Assembly (NCBI RefSeq): GCF_018977255.1
Contig: NW_024704742.1
Location: 106,022,001 to 106,086,000 of the forward strand
From: Callorhinchus milii
Taxonomy: Eukaryota
DNA length: 64,000 nucleotides
Direction: 5' to 3'
Shown: in pieces, positions 1-12,999 of the stretch
Numbering within the stretch: the first letter of the stretch is position 1
How the letters are laid out: each line of letters opens with the position of its first letter
The notes under the pieces: model-generated
The model's database searches: none
What the model saw: the letters and a program-made list of their open reading frames with translations, nothing else
Told to the model about the DNA's origin: nothing
Made by a program: the position numbers and the translations under genes

Positions 1-879
1 AAATTAAATTCCTGGCAGATTCTTGCTTTTCCCTAAAGACCAACAATATGGTTGGGTGATGGGGTTAGACGCATGTGGCACATAACTACATCCCCAATTA
101 GTTCTGAGTCTCACACAGACTGAAATTATTGGACTCTCAAATAGTCCAGACATGCTGGAGCTCTAAAACATCTCAAAGTAATAATGAATTCTAAACACAT
201 TTTTTATGGAAGAATGAATTAAGCCAAAAAGAGGAAACTTCTTTGTTGTTGACTGCAACAAATAAAATAATCTCAATGTCATATCATAGGCTAATCTTAA
301 ATTGACTGTAATCTTAAATTGATTCTTATGGTTCAAATAAAGTCAGCCCATTTTACTTTCTGTAAGAAGATATTAGATTACCTGTCTGACATACATGCTA
401 TTTTTTTTCCCTTTGCAAAGAAAACAGCAGGAGATTTGCATCACATTTTTTACCTCTGTTACGTGATGTAAACCTCCTGCACTGCAGTCTGACAAATTAA
501 AAGTCAATAATGGGATTCCGAAATCCAAAACCATCACCATTTATGCAGGACCACTTTTTGCTGTTAATTTGCAAATTTGGAACAAATTGGTGATGTTCTG
601 TAACATGTGAATTATCCAGTCAAATTTGTGTGAACAAATATAAATCATTCTTTACAACCTATTACTCCATCTATTTAATTTAATTTAATTACTCTATCTA
701 TTTAACTTTTTGACGGCCTACTATCTTCTTCAGTGAATACTTTCCATGGTTTTATTTACAGTAGATAATTTACTCTGTATAAAGGGAGATTGTTAAATCT
801 TTGTTTACCTCTGAGGCACATGTAATCTTACAGTGATAGTATTGTTTTCTTACCAATCTCAAAAGGCTATAGATACAAA

Positions 880-1230
880 ATGCCAGGTTGGGCACCTGAG
901 CTGGTGGTAGGAACTGACAGAGGAGTGATGGGGAGGGGAAAAGATGACTGAAAGTGTGGTCAAGGAGTTAGGTCGTGAGGTGCCTTGAAAGAGAGGAGGG
1001 AGTGAGCGAGTCGGAGGAACTCCAGGAATGGAACTCCAGAGAACAGGGGCAAAATGGCGACAGTGGCGTAGATGGGGTGGGGGGACATAAAGCAAAGCTG
1101 GTGTTTGCTCTGAAAAGGGAACAGCCGGATCGGGAGATTGCAGAGGTGAGGGGGGGAAGAGGGGATGGAGCGGGGTTGAAGAAGGTTTTTCACTGGGGAA
1201 AGAAGGAGCTTTCTGTGAGGAAACTGCACG
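880..1230 (-). mobile_element. Possible old L2 ORF2 (EN-RT linker) fragment
   Basis: Purine-rich + strand like the L2 copies, with weak resemblance (P..PHLRH; S..N P.SL..T) to the 14.9-15.3 kb segment. Confidence 0.4.
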
Positions 1231-1339
1231 GCACATATCTCGGTGGCTGTCCTTGGTACCCCCCACCACCCCCCAATGCAGCAACCAAGCGAGACTCTGA
1301 TTGTCAGTCCTGACAGTGAACCACAAAACGCTGCCCTTA

Positions 1340-1821
1340 CTTCTCTCACTCTCTGCTCTCTAACTCTTTTTGTTTCTCTCTCTCCCTCATGTACTCTCTC
1401 TCTCTCTCTCTCTCTCTCAATCATTCTCCCTTCTCTTTCTCACCCACTCTTCCACGCACACTCTTCCTCCCTCTCTCACACACCCTCTGTCTCACACACT
1501 TTCTTCCCTCTCCCTTCCCTCTCTGTTCCCTTCTCCCCTCCCTCTCTGTTCCCCTTTCTGTTCCCCTCTCCACCCTCTCTGTTCCCCTCTCCCCTCTTTC
1601 AATCACTCTCCTCTCTCCCCCTCCGCTCTCCTCCTCTCTCAATCCTCCTCCTCTTTCTCCCCTCTCTCAATACCCCTCTCCTTCCCTCTCTCCCCCTCCA
1701 CTCCCTCTGTCTTCCCCTCTCTCAATCCCTTTCTCTTTCCCCTCCCTCTACCTCTCTCCCCTCCCTCTTTGACCCCCTCTCTGTCCCCCTCTTCCCCCCC
1801 CTCTCAATCTCTCTCTCTTCC
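1340..1821 (+). repeat. ~480-bp CT-rich polypyrimidine low-complexity tract
   Basis: Includes (CT)n at 1394-1418; explains the spurious S/L/P-rich ORFs at 1243-1944. Confidence 0.97.
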
Positions 1822-2004
1822 AATCAGCTGCACTTCACTATCTGCAGCGGGTTGGAGCCGGTGGTTGTGAAGGACATGGTGGATAAGGAGATGGGCTTTC
1901 ACTCTCAGCGCTGCGTCCTCCCAACTGCCGGCTCCTGCCACTGACATAGAAGGATGTTTGCCAGTGAGGGAGGGAGCAGAAGCTGGTATGTTGGAAATAG
2001 TCTC

Positions 2005-2067
2005 GGACCGGATAAAATCACCTGCCTGGCCGGATGCTGCCCGTGGGCCACTTGTTGAACCACGTTG
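2005..2067 (+). mobile_element. hAT/Charlie-like DNA transposon terminus
   Basis: GGCCGGATGCTGCCCGTGGGCCACTTGTTG..CC...TG resembles MER58/Charlie-type ends (GGCCGGATTTGGCCCGCGGGCCG..GTTTG..CCCCTG); the other end was not found. Confidence 0.5.
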
Positions 2068-2329
2068 CTTCATAGTATATTATGTGAAGAGCTTTGAGAT
2101 ATTCTCCTGACAAGAAAGACGCTATGAAAAATGCAAGCATTATTATTATTTTCCATCTTCATAGTACAGTATGTTAGATGAAAACATACAAAGCCTGTCA
2201 TCTCACAAAGAAAGATCCAGCAGCCTGATGGTTAATTTTACAGTGGTCATTGGTGAGGCCACAATTGTGAATAATTGGGAGGGTACAGAGGAAGCCAGTC
2301 AAGGCTCTGGGTTATCACAGGACTGTACT

Positions 2330-2670
2330 TGCTTTCTTAAGAGAAAAGAAAAACTGATCCAGATCTTTAAAAAGTTAAAAGGCGTGAATAATGGAAATGC
2401 AAATAGCTTATTTAGCATAAACTGGAAGCTCAGAACACTGAAGCATGATTACAAAATTAGTTGGCCTCAAGTGAGACAAGATATTAAAACCGTTCTCCCC
2501 ATAGAGCAACTGTGTAGCACAGGGTGCAAATAAAGGCAGTTAATGAAGTGCCAATTAATTCCTTAAAACAAATGGATATATATTTGGTTAGCAATTGGAG
2601 TGAAGGCAATAAGGATCAGCATGGATGGCGTTGATCGAATACTGTAGAGAATACTATGGTTCCTGAACTG
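2330..2670 (+). mobile_element. Old CR1 C-terminal fragment
   Basis: LIQIFKKLKG..LF...RT..H..K remnants. Confidence 0.6.
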
Positions 2671-3289
2671 TTATCTCCATGGAAAAGTCATCCCATAGGA
2701 AGCAACCAGTCAAATATGAGCAATGTAGGTTACAAGATTGGCCAGAAACTCTGGATTTCAGTCAATTACCTTTGGGCCAGAGAAAAGCAGTCCTTCAGGA
2801 GGTTAAGTAAAGTGAGTAGAATCCATGACAAGGCACTTTACACAAAAACTCTGGAGGAACTGACTTGATAACTTTCTTGTTCCCTTGTTTATTATGTTCT
2901 GATAATGGCTTGTGGATCATATCTGCTCAAACCTTTTTCTCCAAGGAAAGTAAGTCGAGTCTGACGATGGCTTGATTATTATATTCTGAAGGCGGCTAGC
3001 AGGACGCTGGCCTAACTCAACAAGACAATCAGGATATGGTCAGCATCTCACTAACCAATCCTCCAATGCTTTGATGAATGAGCCAGCTTCAGGCTAACCA
3101 CTGCCACAAAATATTTTTTGGGAAAGTGGGAGTTAGGATGTGGTCACATTATAGATGAGTCAATGTCTTCAGTTATTGACAGATTGTTCGCTATATTTTT
3201 CACCAAAGATATCACAGATCAAAATTTGACCCAGCAACGTATCACACCAAAATATCCCAAACAAACATTGAGTTACTTTGAAGTGTAAT

Positions 3290-4730
3290 CTTCAAAGTTA
3301 TCCTTGTCAAAGTTACCAATGAAGTACTCTTTCTCTGCATCCAAGGCTCTTTCTACCTCCTTATCCTCCTCATCCTCTGGTGCTTTTGAGTCCTCATCTC
3401 TCTCCTGCTTTCTGTGGACCATTCTATCCTCCTCAATCTCCTCTCCACCACCTGTCAGTCTCCATTGGAGGATGGAAAGAATTTATGACACAGGTTTTAG
3501 TTACTCAAAACAAGTGAGTTTATCAGCGGGCAGAATGATTAAAATAACACAGAGATAGAAATAAATACATACATGAGCATAAACACTGTGAACTAGGATA
3601 ATTTATATGTGTTTTAGAGTGAATCTACTTTACAAAAACATCCAAAGAGCTTGATGAGGAATGTAAATCTAGTAAGGAAGTAGATGAAATAAAAGATGGA
3701 GATTGTAAGGAGTGATCACTGGTGATAATTATCATGTGAAACATTGTGGTTGTATACCTATTGACTGGCAGTGGGCATAACCCTCGTGCCTCACCAAAGA
3801 CACCAGTAGAGTTGTTGCCCACATTTCACTAGTTACTTATTACTGGCCCCAACCACAATTTTCAAAAATATGATAATGATCATATCTCGTGATTATCACC
3901 CTCAGGTTATTGAATTGATCAAACTCTATAACTGCTGCCTCTCTCACACGAAAGTTAAGTCATCTGTAGACTGAGGGGAAATACTTTCTCAAATCTGATC
4001 TTGGACTCCCAATGTCCAGAATGTCAAGCAGATATTGTGTTCATGTGCCAGTCCTTTGATCTGTGAGCCAGAATACTAGGTCCAAGTGAAAGCCCTTCTC
4101 ATGATACAGAGTACATTGAATTCAAATTGTCAAAACAACTTGACTGTCTCGTTATGGAAGAATGCAAATCAGACGATTCTGTGTTAATTTGTTTAATTAA
4201 AAGAATGTTTGTGCCCTTGAATGGCACTGCAGAGGATGCCGATTCTTGCAGATTGCTTATCAGCAGACCCGAGACTATTTGGCTCAGAATGAGGGTTGTT
4301 GATTAACTGTTTGCATTCATAAATACTTAATTTTTGGAACATGGTGACAGCAGTTATGCAGGCAAGCCTGGCAGCTAAACATCAGCAAGAGCATCCCACA
4401 AGCAGTAATTAGGTGAATAACCAAATGTAACTCTTTTTTGTGAATTTTCCCTGGTGCCATCTCAGTTTCCTTCAGCACTTTTGATGCAAGATGCACCCTC
4501 AACTGTCTCTGCAAGTACTAACCTATATTCAGTGCATTGACAATAGTGTGGCCTCTTTAAGGCCCTCCAGCAAGGTCATGTCACTATATTCTTCAAAACG
4601 TAGTCGGGGAGATGTCAGTTTTGTGGGACGTGGGGATGGGGTGGGGGATTGGCTGCTAGCTTGCACCACATTCTCATCAACGTCACCAATGAAGAGCGTG
4701 ACACAGTGCTGCATCGCCTAGACAGCCGCT
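3290..4730 (-). pseudogene. Heavily decayed Harbinger (HARBI1-like DDE) transposase fossil
   Basis: Collinear remnants across frameshifts: PRLRFEEYSD, CQACLHNC, ARIG..AI-GTNI (AIDGTHI), NVLC-HEKGF, EKVFPL..MT (GDKGYPL..MTP), FG..KSRF, and an acidic tail ending ERALDAEKEYFIGNF. Confidence 0.55.
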
Positions 4731-6332
4731 ATGGTGCGGATGTTAATAGCTATATTTGTGGTGCTTCATAACACGTTCACAGTGATAATTATCACATTGA
4801 ACACGTCATGACACACTATTAATATATCCCCTATTGCTTTAAATAACTTTGCTGATTATGAGAGAAATAAAGCATTCTATTCAAATTAAATAAGGCGTAT
4901 GAATCCTCCATTCTGACTGATTGAACAATGTATTAAATTAACGTGTAATGCATGACTGTAGGATGTTAAGAAAAGCTAATTTAATACAAGTTCCAGTGTC
5001 TCTCAATTCAGAAAATTTGTGAATGGCACAGTGAGCTGCAAGGATCAACGGTTAATTTAATTATTGTAAGAGCACACAGATAAGTGGCCTTGTATGTGCA
5101 CAATACAAAACATCTCCCAAGCACTTTGCCTTGAATAGGCTTTCCTTGGAGACTGGTAATGCAGAAGGAAATGCAGATTCCTTTTACATCCAGCATAGTT
5201 TTAAGTGATTCTGGAGATCATTTTTTAAAATTTAATGGGTGATTGTCCTAGACTATTGAATATGCTGTAGAGATATTATTAAATCGATATATTTGACACC
5301 TAGCATTGTTGTAACCCATGATCATGTGCCCAGTAACAGTGCTTGTATTCAATGAGACAATCCTTGCTGTACTGCTTGGATATTCTGTGCTTTGTTCAAA
5401 TGAAGGTGACTAACCTGAATAACCTTTTAACTCCTAACATCATCTCCATGGGTGACCATGAATGGACAGCTCTTTACTTCAGCATTGGTGTCTACACGCT
5501 GAGCTGATTTTCCTATGCATTTTCAAATTCAAATTTCCCTCCTTCCAACATTGGGATACCCTGTGGTGTCTGTCTGATCATAGCTGCCCAATATTGATGA
5601 TGAGAAGCACCAGAAGGCTTTGTCTGACCACCAACATAGATCCAATGAATTGAATGACTTCCTTCTTGCATTAAATTTTCTATCATTCAATCAGTGTTGG
5701 TATGTTTTGCACAGACAATTGTAAAGTACCACAGTGAGCTTGCCCCATGTTATGACATTTTTTTAAAAGCAATTGTATCATTGTTTGCCAACAAAATACA
5801 TGGTCACTATACTTGACAGTATATCTCGTGACAGAATATCCTGAGACATTGTATCAAATACAAGGATTATTATTATCATCATCTATTTTTTGCCCTCATT
5901 ACTGATAGCATTAAATCAAAATAATTGCATACCAGCTAGAAGAATTTCTGGCTTGCAAGCTAAAGCATCCCAGTCACACAATTTACAGTGGACTAACAAA
6001 CAAATATTAAATAAGCACTTTTTATTAATATACATCTCCCAACAATGAGCTATAAATCACTATTAATGTTAGTGAAAATGTGAGGGTATGTAAACAGGGC
6101 CACTTGCAAATTATTTACCAAAACTCTCAAAATTCCTACTCCTCAAAAATTGGAGCAAAAGAAGCTTGGGGTAAAAAAAAAGGAATTAAGTTTAAGTTTG
6201 ATAAAGGACATAAAAAGGGGATTCCTACCAAGGTTGACCGCTGAGATAATATTGCTATTTTGGAACGTATTATTTATCACTGGTTTAACTTAGAGTTAAT
6301 GAGGAGCATTAGATCAATGGATTTTAAGAGAA

Positions 6333-6725
6333 CTTTTTTTTGTTCAATCATGACACACGCGGAATCCCATTACCATGATTAAGAGTATCCAAACCAAACT
6401 GAGAATTCCATGCATCCCACCTACACATGGAAATCCCAGAGATAGATTGGAATAGAATGCACACTCTCTTGCTGGAGGGGCATCTTTCTTACCTAATTCC
6501 AAGAAGTATTAGGTGCATGTTGGCTTGGGGACCCCCGAATGTGTATTGTGATACTGTTGGAGTTGATCCAGCTAAAACCTCATAGCTTGCTATTGATAGC
6601 ACTATCTGACAAGCTTTCCCACTGCTTGTCCAGCTAGGGCAACCCTACCTGTTAGGTCTTTGGCTTGCAAGGTTAACAGGAGTCACTGGTCTGCCCTTCA
6701 AATTCCTGCCAATAAGCTAGGCTGG
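6333..6725 (-). repeat. Unnamed ~400-bp repeat, second copy
   Basis: Shares TATCCAAACCAAACTGAG, CCAGCTAAAACC, CTTGTCCAGCTAGG and ACTGGTCTGCCCTTC with the 30.3-30.7 kb copy. Confidence 0.85.
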
Positions 6726-7038
6726 CTGTTCTGTCATCAGAGATGCTCTTGAGTATTGCAGACCCGCCTGGCACAGAGACTGGATTACCAAGAACACTAC
6801 AGAGGGCTGGCTCGATTCTGACACTCCATCGCCAAATTTGTCATTTTGGAGCCTGTTCTGTTCAAAAGAGGCTCTGTTTACCTCACCCTCAAGGAGGATA
6901 GTCACTACTTGGTTGTGAACACTGAGAATAGTGAAGATCCCGTGTTCCTCTGAGTGAGAAAATTGTGTGCAGAAACCATATGGACAGGCAGGAGACTGGG
7001 AAGAATCTGAAGCACATTGGAAGCTAACCAAACACAAC

Positions 7039-7332
7039 AGGTACCACCCCAGGCAACAATTTTACACAATAGATTGAGCTGTCTGGCCATGTAAGAGGCA
7101 CAACACCTGGGAAGCCTGAGCCCCCCTGGGGTGTTTGTGGTTGAGGTGTGTAATGAGTCCCATGAGAACTGTTGACTATTAGGACTGCACCAACCAATGG
7201 CAGTGAAGATCACAATTCCCATTAACCTTTATGTCACCAGGGCCTTGCAGACACTCACCTGGGACATTCTGAGAGTTGGATAGTTTGTGGTGTTGGATTA
7301 TTGAGGTAACTGAAACAATATATCACAGGGCA
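7039..7332 (+). pseudogene. Harbinger transposase N-terminal (HTH) fossil fragment
   Basis: RLSCLAM*EAQ..VVEVC...PMAVKITIPINLYVTRALQ..DI..IEVTETIYHRA resembles Harbinger PVAVKVTVALNFYATGSFQ..GDI..IREVTDALY.RA. Confidence 0.7.
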
Positions 7333-7644
7333 GCCTGTTAATGTGACCTCAGCAGGAAGGAGAGGCAGCAACAGTTAGAATGAATGAATTGTAGGGTTAA
7401 AAATGGCAGCATTGAACCTTCAAGAACAACAATATAGTATTCTTTAAATCAGCATGGGCATTAATTAACCATGATGGTTAGAGTGAGTATAGCAGTTGCA
7501 GCTTCACACTATATACTCTTAATAACCACTAAATAACAGTGTCCACCCCTCCTCTCCATGATCCAATTCACAAACTGATCTACTGCCACTTAGATTTCCA
7601 GCCTTGATGTGAGGGGGTCATTGCAAAGTGAGGTATCTTATTTT

Positions 7645-7859
7645 TTAATAATAATCCCTCCAAAACAAAAAAACAATAATAAATTGGTCATTTTCAATCT
7701 AAGACTGTTTGTGGGACATTGCTGTGCGCAATTGGCTGCCGTGTTCGCCCACAAATATACAGTCAATTCACTTTATAGTGCGTTCTGTGAAGCGCTTTGG
7801 GACGTCCTCCCAACGTGAAAAGCGCTATATCAAATGCAAGGATTATTATTATTATTATA
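7645..7859 (+). mobile_element. SINE 3' half (5'-truncated)
   Basis: TAATAATAATCCCTCC...AAGCGCTATATCAAATGCAAGG(ATT)n. Confidence 0.9.
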
Positions 7860-10700
7860 TTTTGTTTGCTTCAATACTCTGTTTAAGTGACTGGTGAAAA
7901 TCATGTCTTTCCTGATCCAGAAAATCACATTTCATAATCGAGATTGGGGCCTTTGCTCGGTTCAACATGAGAGAGAGACAGGAACCGCCAGCCACTGCAG
8001 CCAGGGAGAAGCAGCGAGAGAAACTGAGTGCTCAGTTCTTTCATTAATCTGATTAGGCAGATTTATAGTTGTATAGCTGCTATTTGGCACCCTGTTTTAA
8101 CTTTAGTTGTATACTGCACATCTTTGTTTGGTTTCCTTCTTTCGCTGGCCATAACTACCCTGGGATTTTTATTCCCACTGCTTGTGACACAACTTGTCTA
8201 CTACTTTCTTATAGTAACAGAGGGTTCTTTCACCTCACCAGATCCTGACCTCTGTGACTGGTTGACACTGAGCCTGACCTTTGATGACCTTGTTTGACTG
8301 TAATGTAAACCATACAGAAAATCTAAACCAAACAAAAATATACTCTTTTTTAGAATCGTGTGGCTTGTGGGACAGTTTGTTAGGTTGACATTGTTTTTTG
8401 AAATTGATATGCCTATATTTTCATGCAAACACCTGTCACCAAAATATGAGGAATCACAGGGGGAAGAACAATAGCCTTTGGTTGCTGGTTTGACCCATTA
8501 TTGCTCTGTATAAAATACTGGTACACAAGAGTTGCAAGCACTTAAAAGCATTTGCATATGTCTGACCTCATGTTATTATTTCATTCAAGTAATTTTGCAG
8601 AGTAATGGACATCTCTTGAGCAAACAGTTTCAAGCACTTAATAGGCATATTACAGTAATGCATTACTCCCTTTTTATCACATTGAATGAAATGAAATGAG
8701 AAGTTTTTCATACATTAACTGTAAATTACGTTTTGCCTGCATAATAACATTTTATTGTCACGAAGCTAGCTGTCTTCCACTTCAAATGCATTTGAGAGAT
8801 TGAAATGCAAATTATTGTAAGTCACCGCTGACGTATTATAGATGGCTGAATAAATGAGATTTTCATGATTGAGAAAATTTACGAAGTACCCACATGGGAA
8901 ATATAGCTATCATATCATATCACGTACTTTATATTTATATATAATATAGCATGTACATTTATATATTAACATCTGCTTGGCAAAAATGTTTTTGTTGAAT
9001 CACTTCATTTGGATTTAATCCCTTTGAAGGTTCCATTAGAAAATATTGCAGGAATATATTAATTAAAATTGAATCTGGATTGTAAATCTCACTGTTTGGG
9101 AAGTAGCATTGATTTGGTCATTTACCCAAAAGTCAAAAGATTGTATTGACTTTTCAAACTCAAGTTCCACATATGCGCATAAAGAGCACCCAGCTGTTAC
9201 GTTAACTGAAGCATAAAATGTTATAGGTTTGAGTTAATTTAATTCACAGACGTTATGGCATTCATTAAAGGTGCTTGTGGTGTTTGTGTTCTCTGACACA
9301 GTGTAAAGGCTTCTGCTGGGAAAGAAATGGCAAAATGGCTCGACTCTGCTACCCATTTACTGTATGACAAAAGCTTACAGTTTAGCTTAGCCACAACAGG
9401 ATTGGAATATACGGCAGCATTTATTTTTCCCCTGCTCATTACTGCCAACAAGTGCGCTCTGACAGTGTCTAACATCGAATCCCTGGATGAAAATCATTTT
9501 GTAATGTTCTAAGAAAAATTCATAGAGTTTTAGACAACGAAGCTAAATCTTATTATTTATATTAAAAAAAAACATGCTTTCTAAGGGTTTATTTGCCTGT
9601 TAGACCGACAAGCTATTCAATTAAGAATTCAGACTGAAACCCTGAGGATGTGATCAGGTTAAACAGTGTTCAGCACCTTGTTGGCTGGAAAACCTGCTGT
9701 GAAGTCAGTTTGTCGTCCATCAGGCATTGATATAAAGTTATGTGGGCCAAAGACAGATCCAAAAATAAGGAGAATAAAAGAGGCAAAGAAAACTGTGGGC
9801 TGTGCAGTATGAGGAAGTAAAACTAATAGAGAATTAGAAGATGGAACACAAACAGAAATAATGTTTTTAAAATCATTGTAAATTGTGAGTAGCATAGTTT
9901 TTATTAGCATACGCTAATTTTTCAGTGAAATTATTATTTTAATACTAGGATTTATAAATATAAGCAAGCCTGGAGATTTCCACATAGCAGTTTATGAGAT
10001 AAAATCTGACAAATCCGCTGATGCAGACAGGACAGAATTCCCTGGAGTCGATGGCATTCCAAGAATTAACACTTTGAGGATGGAATATAAATTCTTGATT
10101 TTCCAAGTGCAGTGACCGTAATAGCTTGTGAAATGACTGTATGTATATTTATAAGGGTACATTTTAGGACATACAATTAGACAAGCGTCCAAAAGTAAAA
10201 ACAAATCCTAGGTTTCAAACAAAAATATGTGCTTGTAGTTCAGTTTGGGTGAAGTTTGCCTTGTATTCAATTTTGTCAGTATAAGTGGAGTCAATCCTGT
10301 ACACTGAAGGCTCCACACATTTTTATTCATGGCCCTCTACCATCCAAGACTTATAAACGTTGTGATCAACCCTGCAGGATATCAGCCCTAGGAGCTATAG
10401 TAAATATTATATTTGTTTGCTAGGCACCACCCAAAGGAACAACAGCTGGGGAGGAATAACATCTAATCTAACATCTAATATGTAACAAAAAAAGTGACCT
10501 TATAAAAATTAATGAAGGAAGAGCAGAAAGGAAAATAAATAGAAATTCAACTACTTGTTTGCTCTCTGAGAATTTTGTCTGGGGTACAGGAAAGTAGCTC
10601 AATAGATCGTTATAATTTGTACGATTTGCTGGAGAAATGGGATTAAGCGTTGACAAAGCTGTTAGAACAATCTTCCAGCAAAGAAGGCTTGAGGCTGAGA

Positions 10701-10714
10701 GTTGCCGTGGTTAC
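10701..10714. promoter_or_regulatory. Candidate RFX X-box
   Basis: GTTGCCGTGGTTAC closely matches the GTTGCCATGG(C/T)AAC palindrome and lies in a repeat-poor, locally CpG-retaining stretch. Confidence 0.35.
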
Positions 10715-12999
10715 GGGATGCTGCCTGGTCGAGGCTGTATATTCCAGGCGTCTCTCTGTTCACTGAATAGCTTCCCGCTTGGCAAAATGGTGAGCTTCAG
10801 ATCGTCTGGGAGCTCGGTGATGATTTAAAAGCAACTTGTCAGAGGAGTTTCTGACCTGTTGAAGGCTGCAAATGATAGTGAAGGTGTATGAAATGGAATG
10901 ACTTGTGTAACCATTCAGTTGTGTGGTTCTTCTGCCTCTTCAGATTAAATGGATGGTATCTTTTATCGATGGACGATGTGCTGCTGTAGCGATTCTTTTC
11001 CAACTTTGCTGTGAATGCAAAGAGAGAGAGAGAGGAACAATGTGATAAAAGTGGTAGCACTGATGTGTGTGAAACAAGGCTGCAGCAATACTGTTTCTGA
11101 TGGCAGCCTTTTGTGTGCACATCAGCATCTGTGGTCCTGCAGGCCTGATCAGCCTTGCTTAGTGGGTGACCTTATCTTCCCTTTACCAGTCCTAGTCCCA
11201 TCAGTTATCGGTTTTGGGATACCCCTCTCCCCCTCTCTTGGCCAATCCTTCTGCTGCTTCAAGCCATGTTGCCTATATTACTCTATGTTCCTAAGCCTGT
11301 TTCCTGGTGTGCGAATTGGGGGAGATCCTGGACAGTACCTACAACACACACAGTCACTACACTTTACATTGTACTCACGTAATGAAAAGCTCTATATCAA
11401 ATGTAAAGATTATTATTTTATTATTATTCATAATAAAATTATAGAGGAATCCCATACTCAGTAAAAATGTGCCTTGGTTTTTCTTGCATCTTTTTGCTGC
11501 AAGTTTTTCCAATCAGCACATATAGATTATTTTCTACTTGCTGTCTTGTGGGGGGTCAAGAGATGACGTCCTGTTAGTTAAGGTGCTAGACTGGGATTAT
11601 TGCAGCTGAGCTCGCATTTGCTAATTTAGCCAACGGCTTGGAGTCCTGCTGCTGTCTCTGATTGAAAAATGGCATGTTCCTGACAAATAACTGTGTGAAG
11701 GGCTTTAACATCCAGCACCTGAAAAATCATCTCAACTGTTGCAGTAGGCAGTTCTGGGGGACCTTTGTCCTTTGCCCCTTGCTGTAACTAACCTTGGAGA
11801 GCTTGGCACTGAATACAAAGGTAAACTAGCAAAAAAAGTTCAGAACTCACGCCAGCAGTCTATCTTTCAATAAATAGAACAAACACCATTTAACAGTAAG
11901 AAACCTCTCAACCCATAACCTTTAGGCAGAGATTGCCACAATTGGAGCTGCTGGATTAAAATTTTGCTCTGAAATGATACAGTGACATAATTATAGCTTC
12001 ATGAACGTGAGCACTGGATGAGTTATGCCTTAATTCGATGCTGATGTCATCACAACACCAGCAAAAGCAAGACCAACTTTATAAGATTCCTATATGAAGC
12101 AAAGCTGGTCTAAAATTATGTCTGAGACATCTGTGCAGATGTCTCAGTCATAAGTGTGGACACAGTATGTCAATACTTAACTGAATTTCTAAAATAGTAT
12201 TCAATTTATTTTGAAAGTTTCTTTTCCTCTTTACACTTGATGACTTTATTACATTACCAATAGCACACCTACATTTGGGACCAATATGCATGGACATTGT
12301 ACACCAACCAACGCAGAGTTTATGAAACTGAAGCCACATAGCTCAGAACAAAATAGTGCACAAAATGGTATTGTAAATTTGAAACATAAATATAATGGGG
12401 ATCTTTATGAAAAGAGTAAAATACAGCATGACTCATAGGCATAAACATGCAGCACAAAGTTTTATAATGGGTGGAATGTTGTGCCTCATACCTGTCGTCC
12501 TCACAATAAAGAGCAGAAGAGCAGAATAAGATTTGGGGGGAATTTTCTTTTGACAAGCCAGATATTTTATTCACTTACAAACCAAGGCTTAAGTGTCTCT
12601 ATACCAATTACGAATCATAGAATCATGGAAATTTACAGAGCGGACAGATGCAATTTGTTCAATTTAGTCTGCACTGGCTCTCAGAGCAAGCTCAGGAGTA
12701 CTGAGCTCACGTACAGTTTCATTAGAAATTAGCAGATTAATTTATTAAACATGGTTTACTCTCCATATGATTGGAGGAGGAAGCGTTCATTGAATGAGAC
12801 AAAACCAAACCACTAGAATCATTTTTCATCTTTGTGCTCAATAATTGACAGCTCAACAAGTATCTTGGATTCAAAATAAGCACTGGTGGAGATAATTTTG
12901 ATTCAACAACAACAACAACAACAAGATTCCATTTATAAAGCGCCTTTCACGTCAGGAGGACGTCCCAAGGCGCTGCACAGTTGGGTCATGACCCGAGCA

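Noticed and set aside
292..323. Short 17-31 nt tandem duplications (also ~54284, ~63178)
   Set aside because: Ordinary slippage products; no array or spacer structure, not CRISPR-like.
1243..1944. 233-aa and overlapping S/L/P-rich ORFs
   Set aside because: Artefact of the CT low-complexity tract.
7476..7528. miRNA-like hairpin TGGTTA...TAACCA
   Set aside because: Bulged, weak stem; no known miRNA seed recognised.
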